Shown here piece by piece: positions 7,847 through 17,296 of a stretch of 64,000 bases of DNA. The translations under genes were made by a program, and so were the position numbers. Within the stretch, counting starts at the first letter, position 1; the number at the start of each line of letters is the position of its first letter. Origin of the DNA: Bacteroidota bacterium (lineage in GTDB: Bacteria > Bacteroidota > Bacteroidia > 2-12-FULL-35-15); contig JAHEYB010000002.1 in the NCBI GenBank assembly GCA_023251805.1, positions 35,038 to 99,037 on the forward strand, written 5' to 3'. Under the pieces are notes generated by a model. The model saw only the letters and a list, made by a program, of their open reading frames with translations. It was not told the DNA's origin and did not search any database.

Positions 7847-9814
7847 ATGGGCAAAGACCATCATCATCACGTTCACAAAGTTTCAGCTGCAGCGCTACTC
7901 GTTACACTCGGTATTATTTTTGGCGATATTGGAACGTCTCCTCTCTACGTATTAAAAGCAATTGTGGGCGATGGAAATGTTATTAACTCAAATACAATTT
8001 TAGGCGGACTCTCCTGTATTTTCTGGACACTGACTTTACAAACCACAGTAAAGTATGTAATTCTCACACTACGTGCAGATAATAAAGGCGAAGGTGGAAT
8101 TTTTGCCTTGTATGCACTCGTTAAAAAAGCTAAAATTAAATGGTTGATGTTCCCTGCAATTGTTGGTGGAAGCGCGCTTTTGGCGGATGGTTTCATTACT
8201 CCTCCAATTTCTATTGCTTCTGCAATTGAAGGCCTTCGTTCAGTAAGTCCAGGAATTCAAACCATTCCAATTGTAATTGCCATTTTGTTTGCCTTGTTTG
8301 CAATACAACAATTTGGAACAAAATTCATTGGCCGTTTTTTTGGGCCTGTAATGTTGGTTTGGTTTTCTATGCTAAGTATTTTAGGTGTAATACAAATTAC
8401 TTCCAATATAAATGTGCTTTGCGCGATAAATCCTTTATATGCATATAATTTATTAACTGGTCATCCTGAAGGGTTTTTGGTTTTGGGAGCCGTTTTCCTT
8501 TGTACAACTGGAGCAGAAGCACTTTATTCAGATTTAGGGCATTGTGGTAGAAAAAATATTCGCATCACTTGGTTTTTTGTAAAAGCTGCTTTACTAATAA
8601 ATTATTTTGGTCAGGGCGCATGGTTAATTGCACACCAAGGACAAAAATTAATAGTAAATCCCTTTTATAGTATTATGCCCGAATGGTTTGTTCCTGCTGG
8701 AATTACAATTGCTACAATGGCCGCTATTGTTGCCAGCCAAGCCCTCATCAGCGGGTCGTTTACTTTAATTAATGAAGCCATACGATTAAATTTTTGGCCT
8801 AAAGTAAAAGTAAAATATCCTACTGAACTAAAGGGGCAACTTTACATTCCATCCATTAATTGGTTTCTTTTAGCGGGTTGTATTGGCATTGTTTTGTATT
8901 TCAGGGAATCGGCCGGAATGGAAGCGGCATATGGTTTAGCCATTGTGCTTACTATGTTAATGACCACAACACTGCTTACTTATTATATGATTATTAAACG
9001 ATACAATAAAATTTTTATCTCCATTTGCTTGCTTGTTTATTTAAGCATAGAAACTTCTTTTTTGATTGCCAACTTGCATAAATTTACACATGGTGGATGG
9101 ATTACTTTATTAATTGCGAGCGTACTTATTATAACGATGCTCGTTTGGTATTATGCAAGAAAAATTAGAAATAGATATGTCGAGTTTGTAAAATTGTCGG
9201 AACACCTTCCTGTACTTGAAGATTTGAGTAGAGACTTAAGTGTCCCTAAATATGCTACACATCTGGTTTATTTGACAAGTGCAGATAATATTGAAGAAAT
9301 TGAATCGAAAATTATTTATTCGATTATGCAAAAACAACCCAAACGTGCCGATATTTATTGGTTTGTACACGTGGATGTTGTAGATGAACCTTATCGAATG
9401 GAATACAAGGTGTGTGAATTTATTCACGATGATGTCATTCGGATTGATTTCCGTTTAGGTTTCCGCATCGCCCCGAAAATAAATTTGATGTTTAGAAAAG
9501 TGGTGGAAGATATGGTAAAAAATAAAGAAGTGGATATTACCAGTCGCTATAAATCATTAAACAAAAATAATATCATTGGCGATTTTAGGTTTATTGTAAT
9601 TGAAAAGTTTGTTTCATACGAAAATGAATTGCCATTTTATGAAAAACTAATTTTAGATATTTATGGTTTCTTAAAACACATGAGTTTATCTGAAGCGAAA
9701 GCATTTGGGTTGGACACAAGCTCCGTAACCGTGGAAACAGTTCCATTAATTATAGCGCCACCAAAAGAATTAAATTTAATCCGAATTGAAGATTCGCCTC
9801 CTGCGAAAGAGTAG
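7847..9814 (+). CDS. kup: KUP/HAK/KT-family potassium uptake transporter
   Basis: N-terminal LGIIFGDIGTSPLYVLK signature, about 12 TM segments, and a C-terminal cytoplasmic domain of typical length (655 aa). Confidence 0.9.
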   Translation: MGKDHHHHVHKVSAAALLVTLGIIFGDIGTSPLYVLKAIVGDGNVINSNTILGGLSCIFWTLTLQTTVKYVILTLRADNKGEGGIFALYALVKKAKIKWLMFPAIVGGSALLADGFITPPISIASAIEGLRSVSPGIQTIPIVIAILFALFAIQQFGTKFIGRFFGPVMLVWFSMLSILGVIQITSNINVLCAINPLYAYNLLTGHPEGFLVLGAVFLCTTGAEALYSDLGHCGRKNIRITWFFVKAALLINYFGQGAWLIAHQGQKLIVNPFYSIMPEWFVPAGITIATMAAIVASQALISGSFTLINEAIRLNFWPKVKVKYPTELKGQLYIPSINWFLLAGCIGIVLYFRESAGMEAAYGLAIVLTMLMTTTLLTYYMIIKRYNKIFISICLLVYLSIETSFLIANLHKFTHGGWITLLIASVLIITMLVWYYARKIRNRYVEFVKLSEHLPVLEDLSRDLSVPKYATHLVYLTSADNIEEIESKIIYSIMQKQPKRADIYWFVHVDVVDEPYRMEYKVCEFIHDDVIRIDFRLGFRIAPKINLMFRKVVEDMVKNKEVDITSRYKSLNKNNIIGDFRFIVIEKFVSYENELPFYEKLILDIYGFLKHMSLSEAKAFGLDTSSVTVETVPLIIAPPKELNLIRIEDSPPAKE

Positions 9815-9845
9815 GGAAACGTGTTTGATAGCTCCGTAGCGTAGA

Positions 9846-9970
9846 CACTTCGACTACGCTCAGTGTGACGGCAAAAGGAATCGGTCAGACTGACAGCAAA
9901 AGGGAGCCGCTCAGAATGGTGGCAAAAAGGTAATCGCTCAATAAGACGTCACACTGAGCGTAGTCGAAGT
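9846..9970. repeat. composite REP-like element: 25-bp perfect inverted terminal arms enclosing about 3 tandem 26-bp units
   Basis: Arms CACTTCGACTACGCTCAGTGTGACG and CGTCACACTGAGCGTAGTCGAAGTG. The interior holds three degenerate units of the form CG(C/G)TCAG(N3-4)GAC(N)GCAAAAGG(N5). Confidence 0.6.
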
Positions 9971-10003
9971 GTACATTAATACAAGGACAGATATGGTAAA
10001 ATA

Positions 10004-10036
10004 AAAAGGCTTTCTCATGGAGAAAGCCTTTTTATT
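10004..10036. terminator. bidirectional rho-independent terminator between convergent kup and the TPR gene
   Basis: AAGGCTTTCTC-atgg-AGAAAGCCTT followed by TTTT, with an A-run on the other side. Confidence 0.55.
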
Positions 10037-10054
10037 TATGTGATATTATATTGT

Positions 10055-11647
10055 TTAGCACTTTAACCCTGCAAGTACTTTTTTTGCTTGTGCGTTGGCC
10101 GGATCAAGTTCAAGAACTTTTTGCATATACAGTTTTACATTTGGACAATCTTTTTTCTCGGCATAATGCGCTGCTAAATAATTATAGGTGTCAATCAAAT
10201 CCTTTTTATTTTTTTCGGTCTCTTCCGGTTTCACTTTTGTTAAATACAATTCGTAATATGGTTTTGCCAACCATTTAGCATTATTCACATCCACTTGAAC
10301 ATTTATTTTTGCTCTCCATAAATATCCTAAAGGCAATTCGGGTTGAGCTTTAATAATTTGTACAGCCGCAGAATCTGCATTGATAAAGTCTTTCGAAAAA
10401 TAATAGGCGCGTGTTAATCCAAAATAATCATTTGCGTTTGGTTTCCCTTTTTCCATTTTCATTTTATAAGCAGCAATCGCTTCAGGATATTTTTTCATTT
10501 TGATATACGCATTGGCAAGATCGCCATTCAATTCTATCTTATCGGGTTGTAATTCCATTGCTTTTTTGAAATCAAGTATTGCAAGAGAATCTTTTGCTGT
10601 TTTAGATAATAGTTTTGCACGGTACTCATAATCCAAGCCAATAATTTTGTCGGCAGGTGCTTTAGAAAAAAAGGTATTGCTGTTTTCTAATCCGGCAGGA
10701 TAATCTGCGGTTTCATATTGAGCGTATGCTAAATAACGATACAAATAAATATTATTCGCATCACATTTTTGTGCTTCTTTTGAATCAGCAACACACTCTT
10801 TATAAAATTTTGACTCGAGTGCAAATCCAGCAGAGCGTGCACGCGCACCGCAATCATTATTTAATTGTAGATACCTTTTATACTGAGCATATGCTACCTT
10901 ATCTTGTCCAGCGCGGTGATAAATCTCAGCCATTTCGCGATAAGCTGGAGCAAATGTTGAATCAATTAGTTTTGCTTTTTTATAGGTGTCAATTGCCAAT
11001 TGATAATTCTTCGCACGGTTCCAAACCTGACCTTGTTTCAATAATGCGCGAGGAGATTTTGGGTCTAAGGCTCCGGCTTTTTCATAATTGGTGACCGCTT
11101 CTGTTCCTTTATTTTGTTCCAAAAATGCATCTCCGGTTAAAATAAATCCTTCCGGATTTTTGGGTTCCAGTTTTGTTGCTTTTGCTAACAAAATAAATGC
11201 ATCTGATAAATTTTTTGTGGGAGCAAAAATATATGCTTCAGCAATTTTCATAAAAACGGTTGCATTTTTTTCTGCCCCCAAAGTAGTTGCTTTAAAAAAG
11301 TATGCTTTAGCATCCGATGATTTATCTTTATACCATTGCACTTTCCCTAAACCAACGTAAGGCAAGGGATTGGTTGGATTCACATCAGCGCCTTTTTGGT
11401 ACATGGCATTTGCCATTTCCATATTGTCGTTTTTAAAATAGTTTTCACCATAATAAAAATAATAATCCCCACTATTTGGCTGAGATTGTAACAACGCTTT
11501 AAATGCCACGTCTGCTGATTCAAACTGTTCGTTTGTGGTTAACTTAAGAGCATCGTTTAATGTTTGTGCAATTGCGGTTGACCCAGCAACCAAAAACAAT
11601 GCAATTAAAAATTTAGTCATTTTAACCTGTTCTTTCATATTATTCAA
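10055..11647 (-). CDS. tetratricopeptide-repeat (TPR) protein with signal peptide
   Basis: Signal peptide MTKFLIALFLVAGSTAIAQ. Multiple TPR-like helices (YYxxGxxYFKNDN, AEAYI, ALxxGQVWNRAKNYQLAIDTYKKA). Overlaps the upstream pstS-like gene by 8 bp, which suggests an operon. Confidence 0.75.
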   Translation of the reverse strand: MNNMKEQVKMTKFLIALFLVAGSTAIAQTLNDALKLTTNEQFESADVAFKALLQSQPNSGDYYFYYGENYFKNDNMEMANAMYQKGADVNPTNPLPYVGLGKVQWYKDKSSDAKAYFFKATTLGAEKNATVFMKIAEAYIFAPTKNLSDAFILLAKATKLEPKNPEGFILTGDAFLEQNKGTEAVTNYEKAGALDPKSPRALLKQGQVWNRAKNYQLAIDTYKKAKLIDSTFAPAYREMAEIYHRAGQDKVAYAQYKRYLQLNNDCGARARSAGFALESKFYKECVADSKEAQKCDANNIYLYRYLAYAQYETADYPAGLENSNTFFSKAPADKIIGLDYEYRAKLLSKTAKDSLAILDFKKAMELQPDKIELNGDLANAYIKMKKYPEAIAAYKMKMEKGKPNANDYFGLTRAYYFSKDFINADSAAVQIIKAQPELPLGYLWRAKINVQVDVNNAKWLAKPYYELYLTKVKPEETEKNKKDLIDTYNYLAAHYAEKKDCPNVKLYMQKVLELDPANAQAKKVLAGLKC

Positions 11648-12569
11648 TATTAACTTGTACTAATCTTACCGGAGCAACTGCCGGAATAAGCCCTGCTTTT
11701 AAAATCATTAGCTGTCCTTTGTCGCCAGCAACGAAAGATACAAATCCCATACCAAGTCCCGCACGAGTTTGTCGGTTTATCATGTACACATTGCGGGTAA
11801 AAGCGTATTCTTTTGTTTTTATGTATGCCTGGTATGCTTTTAGGGGTTCTGAAGCAGTATCTTTTGCAATGGCAACCACTCTTACTTTTTTAAGCGTATT
11901 TGTTGTCAGTGAGTCGTCCATATCGCTTATCCAATTCACACTTAAAAAGCCTATTGAATTTTTGTGAGTACTAACATAGTCAATTACTTCGGGATTTGAT
12001 TTCACAGCAAATACGTTACTAGAAAAGTCTTTCCCTTGCAGAAGTGTATCGCGCATATAGCGTGCATTTGCAGAGCCTGCATTATCGAAAACAATTTTGA
12101 TTCCTTCGGGTGCCGATTGTTTGTTTAACTGGCTCCAAAGTGAATCTTTACCCAGTAAAATCGACTTTACTTGTTCAACTGTTAGTATTGTGTCATTGTT
12201 TTCGGGATTCACGAGCAATACAATAGCATCCTCGGCAATTTTTGTAGATATTGGAAACAGGTTTTTTGCTTCAAAGGATTTGCGTTCGGTGGCAGTAAGG
12301 TCGCGACACATCACTACTACTTTGCAGGAATCGTTAATTAAGCGAGTTAAAGCCTCGTTTTCTGGGAGATAATCGACAAGGACATGCGCATTTTTGTAAA
12401 TCGCTTCAAATGTAAACACCTGATTGTCAAATAGTTTCTGAAATGATTCGTCTACCACAATTGTTACTTCGCCTGAAGTGGGCGTATCAGTGGGTTCGGG
12501 TTTGGAGTCGCCCGAGCATGCCCAGCATGTAATTGCTAGAAAAATACTTCCAAAAATGATATTTTTCAT
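11640..12569 (-). CDS. orphan PstS-like (phosphate-binding protein family) periplasmic substrate-binding lipoprotein
   Basis: Lipobox LAITCWACSG. Type-II periplasmic binding protein fold features (SGEVTIVVDESF, CKVVVMCRDLTATE, GFLSVNW) are typical of PstS/PhoT-family SBPs. No pstCAB genes are adjacent. Confidence 0.7.
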   Translation of the reverse strand: MKNIIFGSIFLAITCWACSGDSKPEPTDTPTSGEVTIVVDESFQKLFDNQVFTFEAIYKNAHVLVDYLPENEALTRLINDSCKVVVMCRDLTATERKSFEAKNLFPISTKIAEDAIVLLVNPENNDTILTVEQVKSILLGKDSLWSQLNKQSAPEGIKIVFDNAGSANARYMRDTLLQGKDFSSNVFAVKSNPEVIDYVSTHKNSIGFLSVNWISDMDDSLTTNTLKKVRVVAIAKDTASEPLKAYQAYIKTKEYAFTRNVYMINRQTRAGLGMGFVSFVAGDKGQLMILKAGLIPAVAPVRLVQVNIE

Positions 12570-12570
12570 T

Positions 12571-12852
12571 TTAACTATTTGTTTCTTCTGTTTGAATTGC
12601 TTGTTTTGTTTCCAACTTAGAATTAATTCTCACTAATTTATTGATGTATCTGCGATAAGCGATATAAAAACGCAGAGTCCCGAATAAAATCAGGAAAATG
12701 CCAATCATACTTCTTCCTTTTGGCAAAAGATCCATCCAGGTATCGGTAAAAAGAAAGAGTATACCAATGGTAAGATAAAAACCAAAAAGCAAAAAACTAA
12801 GGTAAAACCTTAGTCTGTTCCAAGAATATTTTAGCTTTATTTTAAAACTCAT
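12571..12852 (-). CDS. small 2-TM membrane protein (paralogue of 12842..13045)
   Basis: Hydrophobic helices FYLSFLLFGFYLTIGILFLFTD and MIGIFLILFGTLRFYIAY. Start proposed at ATG 12852 (MSFKIKLKY); the track's 12927 start is an alternative. Confidence 0.4.
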   Translation of the reverse strand: MSFKIKLKYSWNRLRFYLSFLLFGFYLTIGILFLFTDTWMDLLPKGRSMIGIFLILFGTLRFYIAYRRYINKLVRINSKLETKQAIQTEETNS

Positions 12853-13045
12853 TGTTTTTATCTTTTCTATGTTTCCAAATGATAACGCCTGTTCTGAATG
12901 CACAGTATATAAACATTGTAATTCCAAGTTCCTTACGATAATTAGGAAAAGTATCTGCTGCGATATCTGTACAAAAAAACAGCAATCCCAAACCCAGAAA
13001 AACTGCTATCATAAAAAAGTTTGAATAATAGCGTATTTTATCCAC
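12842..13045 (-). CDS. small 2-TM membrane protein (paralogue of 12571..12852)
   Basis: 67 aa with the same architecture and a conserved (L/F)F(F/L)(C/F)TD motif. Its stop overlaps the downstream paralogue start in AACAATGAGTTTTAA, which suggests translational coupling. Confidence 0.4.
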   Translation of the reverse strand: MDKIRYYSNFFMIAVFLGLGLLFFCTDIAADTFPNYRKELGITMFIYCAFRTGVIIWKHRKDKNNEF

Positions 13046-13116
13046 GGACGAATTGCTGTTGGTTTATTTTAAAACAGGTTATTTAGTTTGTAAACGCAGG
13101 TTAAAAACCTGTGATA

Positions 13117-13944
13117 CTAGTTTAATTTAAACTTAATAGGCATATTAAATTGTACACGAACTTCGCGACCATTTTGTTTACCAACTTTCCAAGGCGGCAT
13201 TTTTTTAGCTACTGCAAGTGCAAGTTTATCATATCCTGGTCCGCCCGGCACACCCCTTAAAAGTTTTACATCGGTGATGCTACCATCTTTTTCAACTACG
13301 AAGGTTAAGTATACAGTTCCCTGAACTCCACCTTCTTTTTCCATTGCAGGATAACCCACTTTTTCAATTTCTTTTGCAATCCATTTTGCACGAGCTTCTT
13401 CACCACCAACAAATTCGGGCATTTGCTCAACAATAGTAAGCGGTGTTTCTATTACCGGTTCTACTACTTGGTTTCCGTTTCCTTCATCGGGAATAATAAT
13501 TTCTTCTCCGGTTCCTTCTACTGTTTCGGTACTAATCTGAGGCGTTTCTTCTGTTTGAACAGGAGGTGGCTCATCTACAACTTCATCATCGGTGACAACA
13601 GGAGGAGTGAATTTCACTGTTTCCATCACAGGTGGAGGTGGTGGCGGTGGAGGTGGTGGCTCCGATTCGTCAATTGGTGGAGGTGCGGTAAGATCAAGCG
13701 GACTAATGTCTACCGGAACTTCTACTTCATCCAATTTATTATTTATCCAATCGATGATTGCAGGCATGCTTACAGCGAGTAAAAATGAAGCACCGGTAAT
13801 GAGCAATGCAAATGCAACACTTCGATTGTGGTTTTTACGAAGTTCGTAAGCACCATATGCTTTGTTTCTATCTTCAAACACCATGTCGTTGCGCACGGGG
13901 GCAACAACACTGTCCCAATTATTAAATAATGATGATTCTGCCAT
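13117..13944 (-). CDS. tonB: TonB energy-transducer
   Basis: N-terminal TM anchor, a proline-rich spacer (EPPPPPPPPPPV) and the C-terminal TonB domain (GGVQGTVYLTFVVEKDGSITDVKLLRGV...). Confidence 0.85.
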   Translation of the reverse strand: MAESSLFNNWDSVVAPVRNDMVFEDRNKAYGAYELRKNHNRSVAFALLITGASFLLAVSMPAIIDWINNKLDEVEVPVDISPLDLTAPPPIDESEPPPPPPPPPPVMETVKFTPPVVTDDEVVDEPPPVQTEETPQISTETVEGTGEEIIIPDEGNGNQVVEPVIETPLTIVEQMPEFVGGEEARAKWIAKEIEKVGYPAMEKEGGVQGTVYLTFVVEKDGSITDVKLLRGVPGGPGYDKLALAVAKKMPPWKVGKQNGREVRVQFNMPIKFKLN

Positions 13945-13952
13945 CTTGCTAA

Positions 13953-14594
13953 TTATTTAGAAGTTGCTTTTAATAATTCCAATTCTTTTGCGCCCATATC
14001 TACAACGGCATACTTACCAATGTTGCAAATATTTAGTTCGTCTACTACATCAATAATGTTTTTGTAAACGGCACCATCGTCAGCTTTCACTAGTACTGTC
14101 AGTGCTTCTTTTGCGCCTTTTTCACCTACTACAGATTTTTTATATGTGCTGTCTGCAATTTCTTTTTTCTTGAATTGCTCGGTTAGTTTATTAATCGCAG
14201 TGATTGTTTTAGCGTTTTTCTCTAATAACAGGGCGTGAAGACCTTCAGAAGAAAAGTCTGTTTTGGTAAGTTTTGTTAGCGGTTTTCCATTAGGATTAGG
14301 AATTCCTTCTGCAAAAAATTCTCCGTAATAGTAATAAATCTCATCATCTTTTGATAAAATGAAAGTCAATGCATTGTTTACTTTTATTCTATCGTCTTCT
14401 TTCTTCGGTTTTGCAGGATAATTAATTTCCATAGTTTTCGGTTTCGCGAACGTGGAAGTTAATACGAAAAACGTAAGGAGTAAAAAGGCCAAATCCACCA
14501 TTGGCGTCATATCTATTCGGGTTGATGATTTTTTGGCGCGTTTCTTTGCGTGTTTTCCTCCACCTCCGCCATCACCGGTATTTACATCTGCCAT
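13953..14594 (-). CDS. exbD: ExbD/TolR-family biopolymer transport protein (long form)
   Basis: Motif IDMTPMVDLAFLLLTFFVLTSTF. Confidence 0.85.
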   Translation of the reverse strand: MADVNTGDGGGGGKHAKKRAKKSSTRIDMTPMVDLAFLLLTFFVLTSTFAKPKTMEINYPAKPKKEDDRIKVNNALTFILSKDDEIYYYYGEFFAEGIPNPNGKPLTKLTKTDFSSEGLHALLLEKNAKTITAINKLTEQFKKKEIADSTYKKSVVGEKGAKEALTVLVKADDGAVYKNIIDVVDELNICNIGKYAVVDMGAKELELLKATSK

Positions 14595-14674
14595 TTTATT
14601 TTTTTTAAATGTTATAAATCAGTAGAATTATTCTTAAGATGTTTTCAGAAGAAAAATTCCACACTTATTTTTAA

Positions 14675-15337
14675 TTATTCTGTAACCGGTCCTTGTTCAA
14701 GGTCGGTAATTAAGTTAAAGCGATAAATATCCATGTCTGTAAACACTTTAATAATATCTTTTACAGCGATATAATTTGTTTTTGCATCTGCTTTAATTGC
14801 GAAACGTAAGGGTTCATATTTAAAATCTCTTCCCAATGTTTCGGCTCTTTCTTTTTCTGCTTTTGCTTGTCGTGCTGCCTCAATTTGTCCGAATCTAATC
14901 CAATCACCTAGCTCGTTGTGTAGTGAATCGTGCGGAATTCCGGGTGATCTCACAGCTACACGTTCGGCATCGGGCAAGTTGATGTATTGCTTCAACTGCG
15001 ACATAGGAACGCCAATACTAGTCATACCGCTAAAGGTTGTTATCTCTTTTTCGGTAAAGGTGATTTTGTATTGTTGCGCCATTTTTTGCAATGTTTTTTT
15101 GCGCACATCGCCATTGTTGATGTTAAAGAATGGATACCCTTTTTGATCGATAGAGATTAGGATTACATTTTTAGGTAATAATTTATCTGCTGTAGAAGAA
15201 GGAGTGTCCACAACAACAGGCTCGGTAACTCTTGAAGTTGCAGTAAGCATAAAGAAAGTAACCAAAAGGAAAGCCAAATCCACCATTGGTGTCATGTCCA
15301 ATGTTGGGCTACCTTTAGATGATGATACTTCAGCCAT
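14675..15337 (-). CDS. exbD: ExbD/TolR-family biopolymer transport protein (second copy)
   Basis: Motif LDMTPMVDLAFLLVTFFMLTAT. Confidence 0.85.
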   Translation of the reverse strand: MAEVSSSKGSPTLDMTPMVDLAFLLVTFFMLTATSRVTEPVVVDTPSSTADKLLPKNVILISIDQKGYPFFNINNGDVRKKTLQKMAQQYKITFTEKEITTFSGMTSIGVPMSQLKQYINLPDAERVAVRSPGIPHDSLHNELGDWIRFGQIEAARQAKAEKERAETLGRDFKYEPLRFAIKADAKTNYIAVKDIIKVFTDMDIYRFNLITDLEQGPVTE

Positions 15338-15377
15338 ATTAATTTTTTTAAATTATTTTAACTTAGTTCTAAATAAA

Positions 15378-16175
15378 TTATTTAGACATTTTTAGTGTGT
15401 GTAACAAGCTGTATCCGGCTTCATCCATACTATGAGTAATGGCATCCACTCGAGTGCTGAAATAGTTGTACATAATGATACCAACAACCGACCCGATGAT
15501 ACCAATAGCAGTATTAATCAAGGCTTCGGAGATACCAGTTGCAAGAGCAGCAGTGTCAGGAGAACCTGCAGCAGACATGGCAGCAAATGAACGAATCATC
15601 CCCAATACTGTTCCAATCAAACCCCAAAGAGTAGCAATGGTAGCACAAGTAGTGATGATAGATAAATTTTTAGAAAGCATTGGTAATTCTAAAGAAGTAG
15701 CTTCTTCCAATTCTTTTTGAACAGCTTCGATTTTTTCTTCAGTGTTTAAAGTAGAATCATTTTGCACAGTTTGTAATTTTTCAACTCCTGAACGAACAAC
15801 GTTCGCCAATGAGCCTTGTTGTTTATCACAAGCTGCAATAGCATCATCGTATTGGTTTGCGGCCAACAGCGATTTGATATTGCGTAAAAATTCATCTGCT
15901 TTCCCTTTTCCCTTTGCTTTAGAAATTGTGATTAAACGCTCTAAAGAAAAAGTAACGATAATCATGAAGATAGCCATCAGAATTGGTACGATAAACCCTC
16001 CGGCATGCATCATTCCAAGATAGTTTCCTTCTTTTGGATGGCCTTCAGCATCAAAATTGCCAGGTGCACCTAGTACAAACATGTAAATTAAAACTCCAAT
16101 CACAATTGAAATCACAATTGCTAAAAGTGCGGTCATAAAGTTAAACCCGCCAGATGTTGATTTTTGATTACTCAT
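15378..16175 (-). CDS. exbB: MotA/TolQ/ExbB proton-channel protein
   Basis: Three TM helices with the conserved C-terminal TM2-TM3 region (ITTCATIATLWGLIGTVLGMIRSFAAM...). Confidence 0.85.
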   Translation of the reverse strand: MSNQKSTSGGFNFMTALLAIVISIVIGVLIYMFVLGAPGNFDAEGHPKEGNYLGMMHAGGFIVPILMAIFMIIVTFSLERLITISKAKGKGKADEFLRNIKSLLAANQYDDAIAACDKQQGSLANVVRSGVEKLQTVQNDSTLNTEEKIEAVQKELEEATSLELPMLSKNLSIITTCATIATLWGLIGTVLGMIRSFAAMSAAGSPDTAALATGISEALINTAIGIIGSVVGIIMYNYFSTRVDAITHSMDEAGYSLLHTLKMSK

Positions 16176-16462
16176 ATTTTTTTGATTTTGGTTTATTTTA
16201 TTATTTAGTTTTTTAATACATACAAATTTTTGAAAAGATGGTTCTTTTTTTTGAAAAAATTTTATTCAATAGGGCATCAAACATACTAAATCTATTTCGA
16301 ATGTAAAAATTTTTAATGAAACTTAATCAATCTAAAACACAGGGCTAATAACCACGAAATAAGGCAAAAGATTGCTTAGAGATTTAAGCTTTTATTAAAT
16401 GGCGGGATTTAAGCGGTAAGGGGTTGGAATATGATAGTAAATGGGGAAATTGCCCCTTACTC

Positions 16463-16503
16463 TTCGATATGTCTGCTTCAACGCAGAATGCTCAGAGTGA
16501 CGG
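16463..16503. repeat. REP-like element (family A variant with inserted CTGCTTCAACGCAG hairpin)
   Basis: CTTCGATATGTCTGCTTCAACGCAGAATGCTCAGAGTGACGG. Near-identical copies at about 17948-17990 and about 25453-25495. Confidence 0.55.
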
Positions 16504-16505
16504 AT

Positions 16506-17144
16506 TTATAATCCTCCTCGGTTTTTGGTAGCCTTTGTTTTGACAAAAAGGGAAGCTATTGTTATGATTATCAGTCCAATAATAATATATCCAATGTTTT
16601 TTGTTACCCAAGGATTTGTTCCAAAAAAATAGCCAATACCAGCCAAAGAGCCTACCCAGATAACTGCTCCAATCATGTTGTACAACATGTATTTTTTATA
16701 ATCCATCTGGATCATCCCACCTATCACTGGTGCAAAATTTCGTATCAATGGTAAGAAACGCCCTACTATCAATATTTTTCCTCCATGTTGGTCATAAAGA
16801 TTTATCGTGCGATCTATCCACCATTTTTTAAATATGAAGATCTTAGTGTCTGGTTTCATGCATCTTGGTCCCATCGTTTTAAAGCCAAACCAATAACCAA
16901 TGTAATAACCAATGATGGCGGCAATGGAAAGCAAAATGATCAAGACAAGCAGGTTTACTCCCAATGTTTCGGGCTTGGAATAACAAAGAATTCCTGCCAT
17001 AAAGATGAGGGAGTTTCCAGGAAGAAAAAAACCTGCAAGGAAAGAACACTCAGCAAAAACAATAAAGATAAGGAAAGCCAGACTTCCCCAATTAATAATG
17101 TATTGGGCATCACTAAAATTCCTGATAAATTGTATTACTTCCAT
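16506..17144 (-). CDS. dedA: DedA-family (VTT/SNARE-associated domain) membrane protein
   Basis: Motifs FLPGNSLIF and GRFLPLIRNFAPVIGG. Start set to ATG 17144 (MEVIQFIRNF...) by homology with the downstream paralogue; the track's 5' extension to 17255 would read through intergenic GC hairpin repeats. Confidence 0.8.
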   Translation of the reverse strand: MEVIQFIRNFSDAQYIINWGSLAFLIFIVFAECSFLAGFFLPGNSLIFMAGILCYSKPETLGVNLLVLIILLSIAAIIGYYIGYWFGFKTMGPRCMKPDTKIFIFKKWWIDRTINLYDQHGGKILIVGRFLPLIRNFAPVIGGMIQMDYKKYMLYNMIGAVIWVGSLAGIGYFFGTNPWVTKNIGYIIIGLIIITIASLFVKTKATKNRGGL

Positions 17145-17169
17145 TCGGGGTGCAAAAATTTTTGCAAAC

Positions 17170-17285
17170 TTACGAATATTGTTATTCATATTCGACCTGC
17201 TACCAATATTCGACCCTCTGGGGTCGGGAAGAATCTGATGTGGGTTTCTATTCATATTCGCCCCCCTGGGGTCGGGAATGGAAAA
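17170..17285. repeat. tandem GC-rich hairpin repeats in the dedA-dedA intergenic leader
   Basis: ATATTCGACCCTCTGGGGTCGGGAAG and ATATTCGCCCCCCTGGGGTCGGGAATGG, plus a partial unit. They are related to the CCCGACCGGCAGGCGGGTGAAT hairpin at 32886 and 63001. Confidence 0.45.
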
Positions 17286-17296
17286 CTAATTGAATG

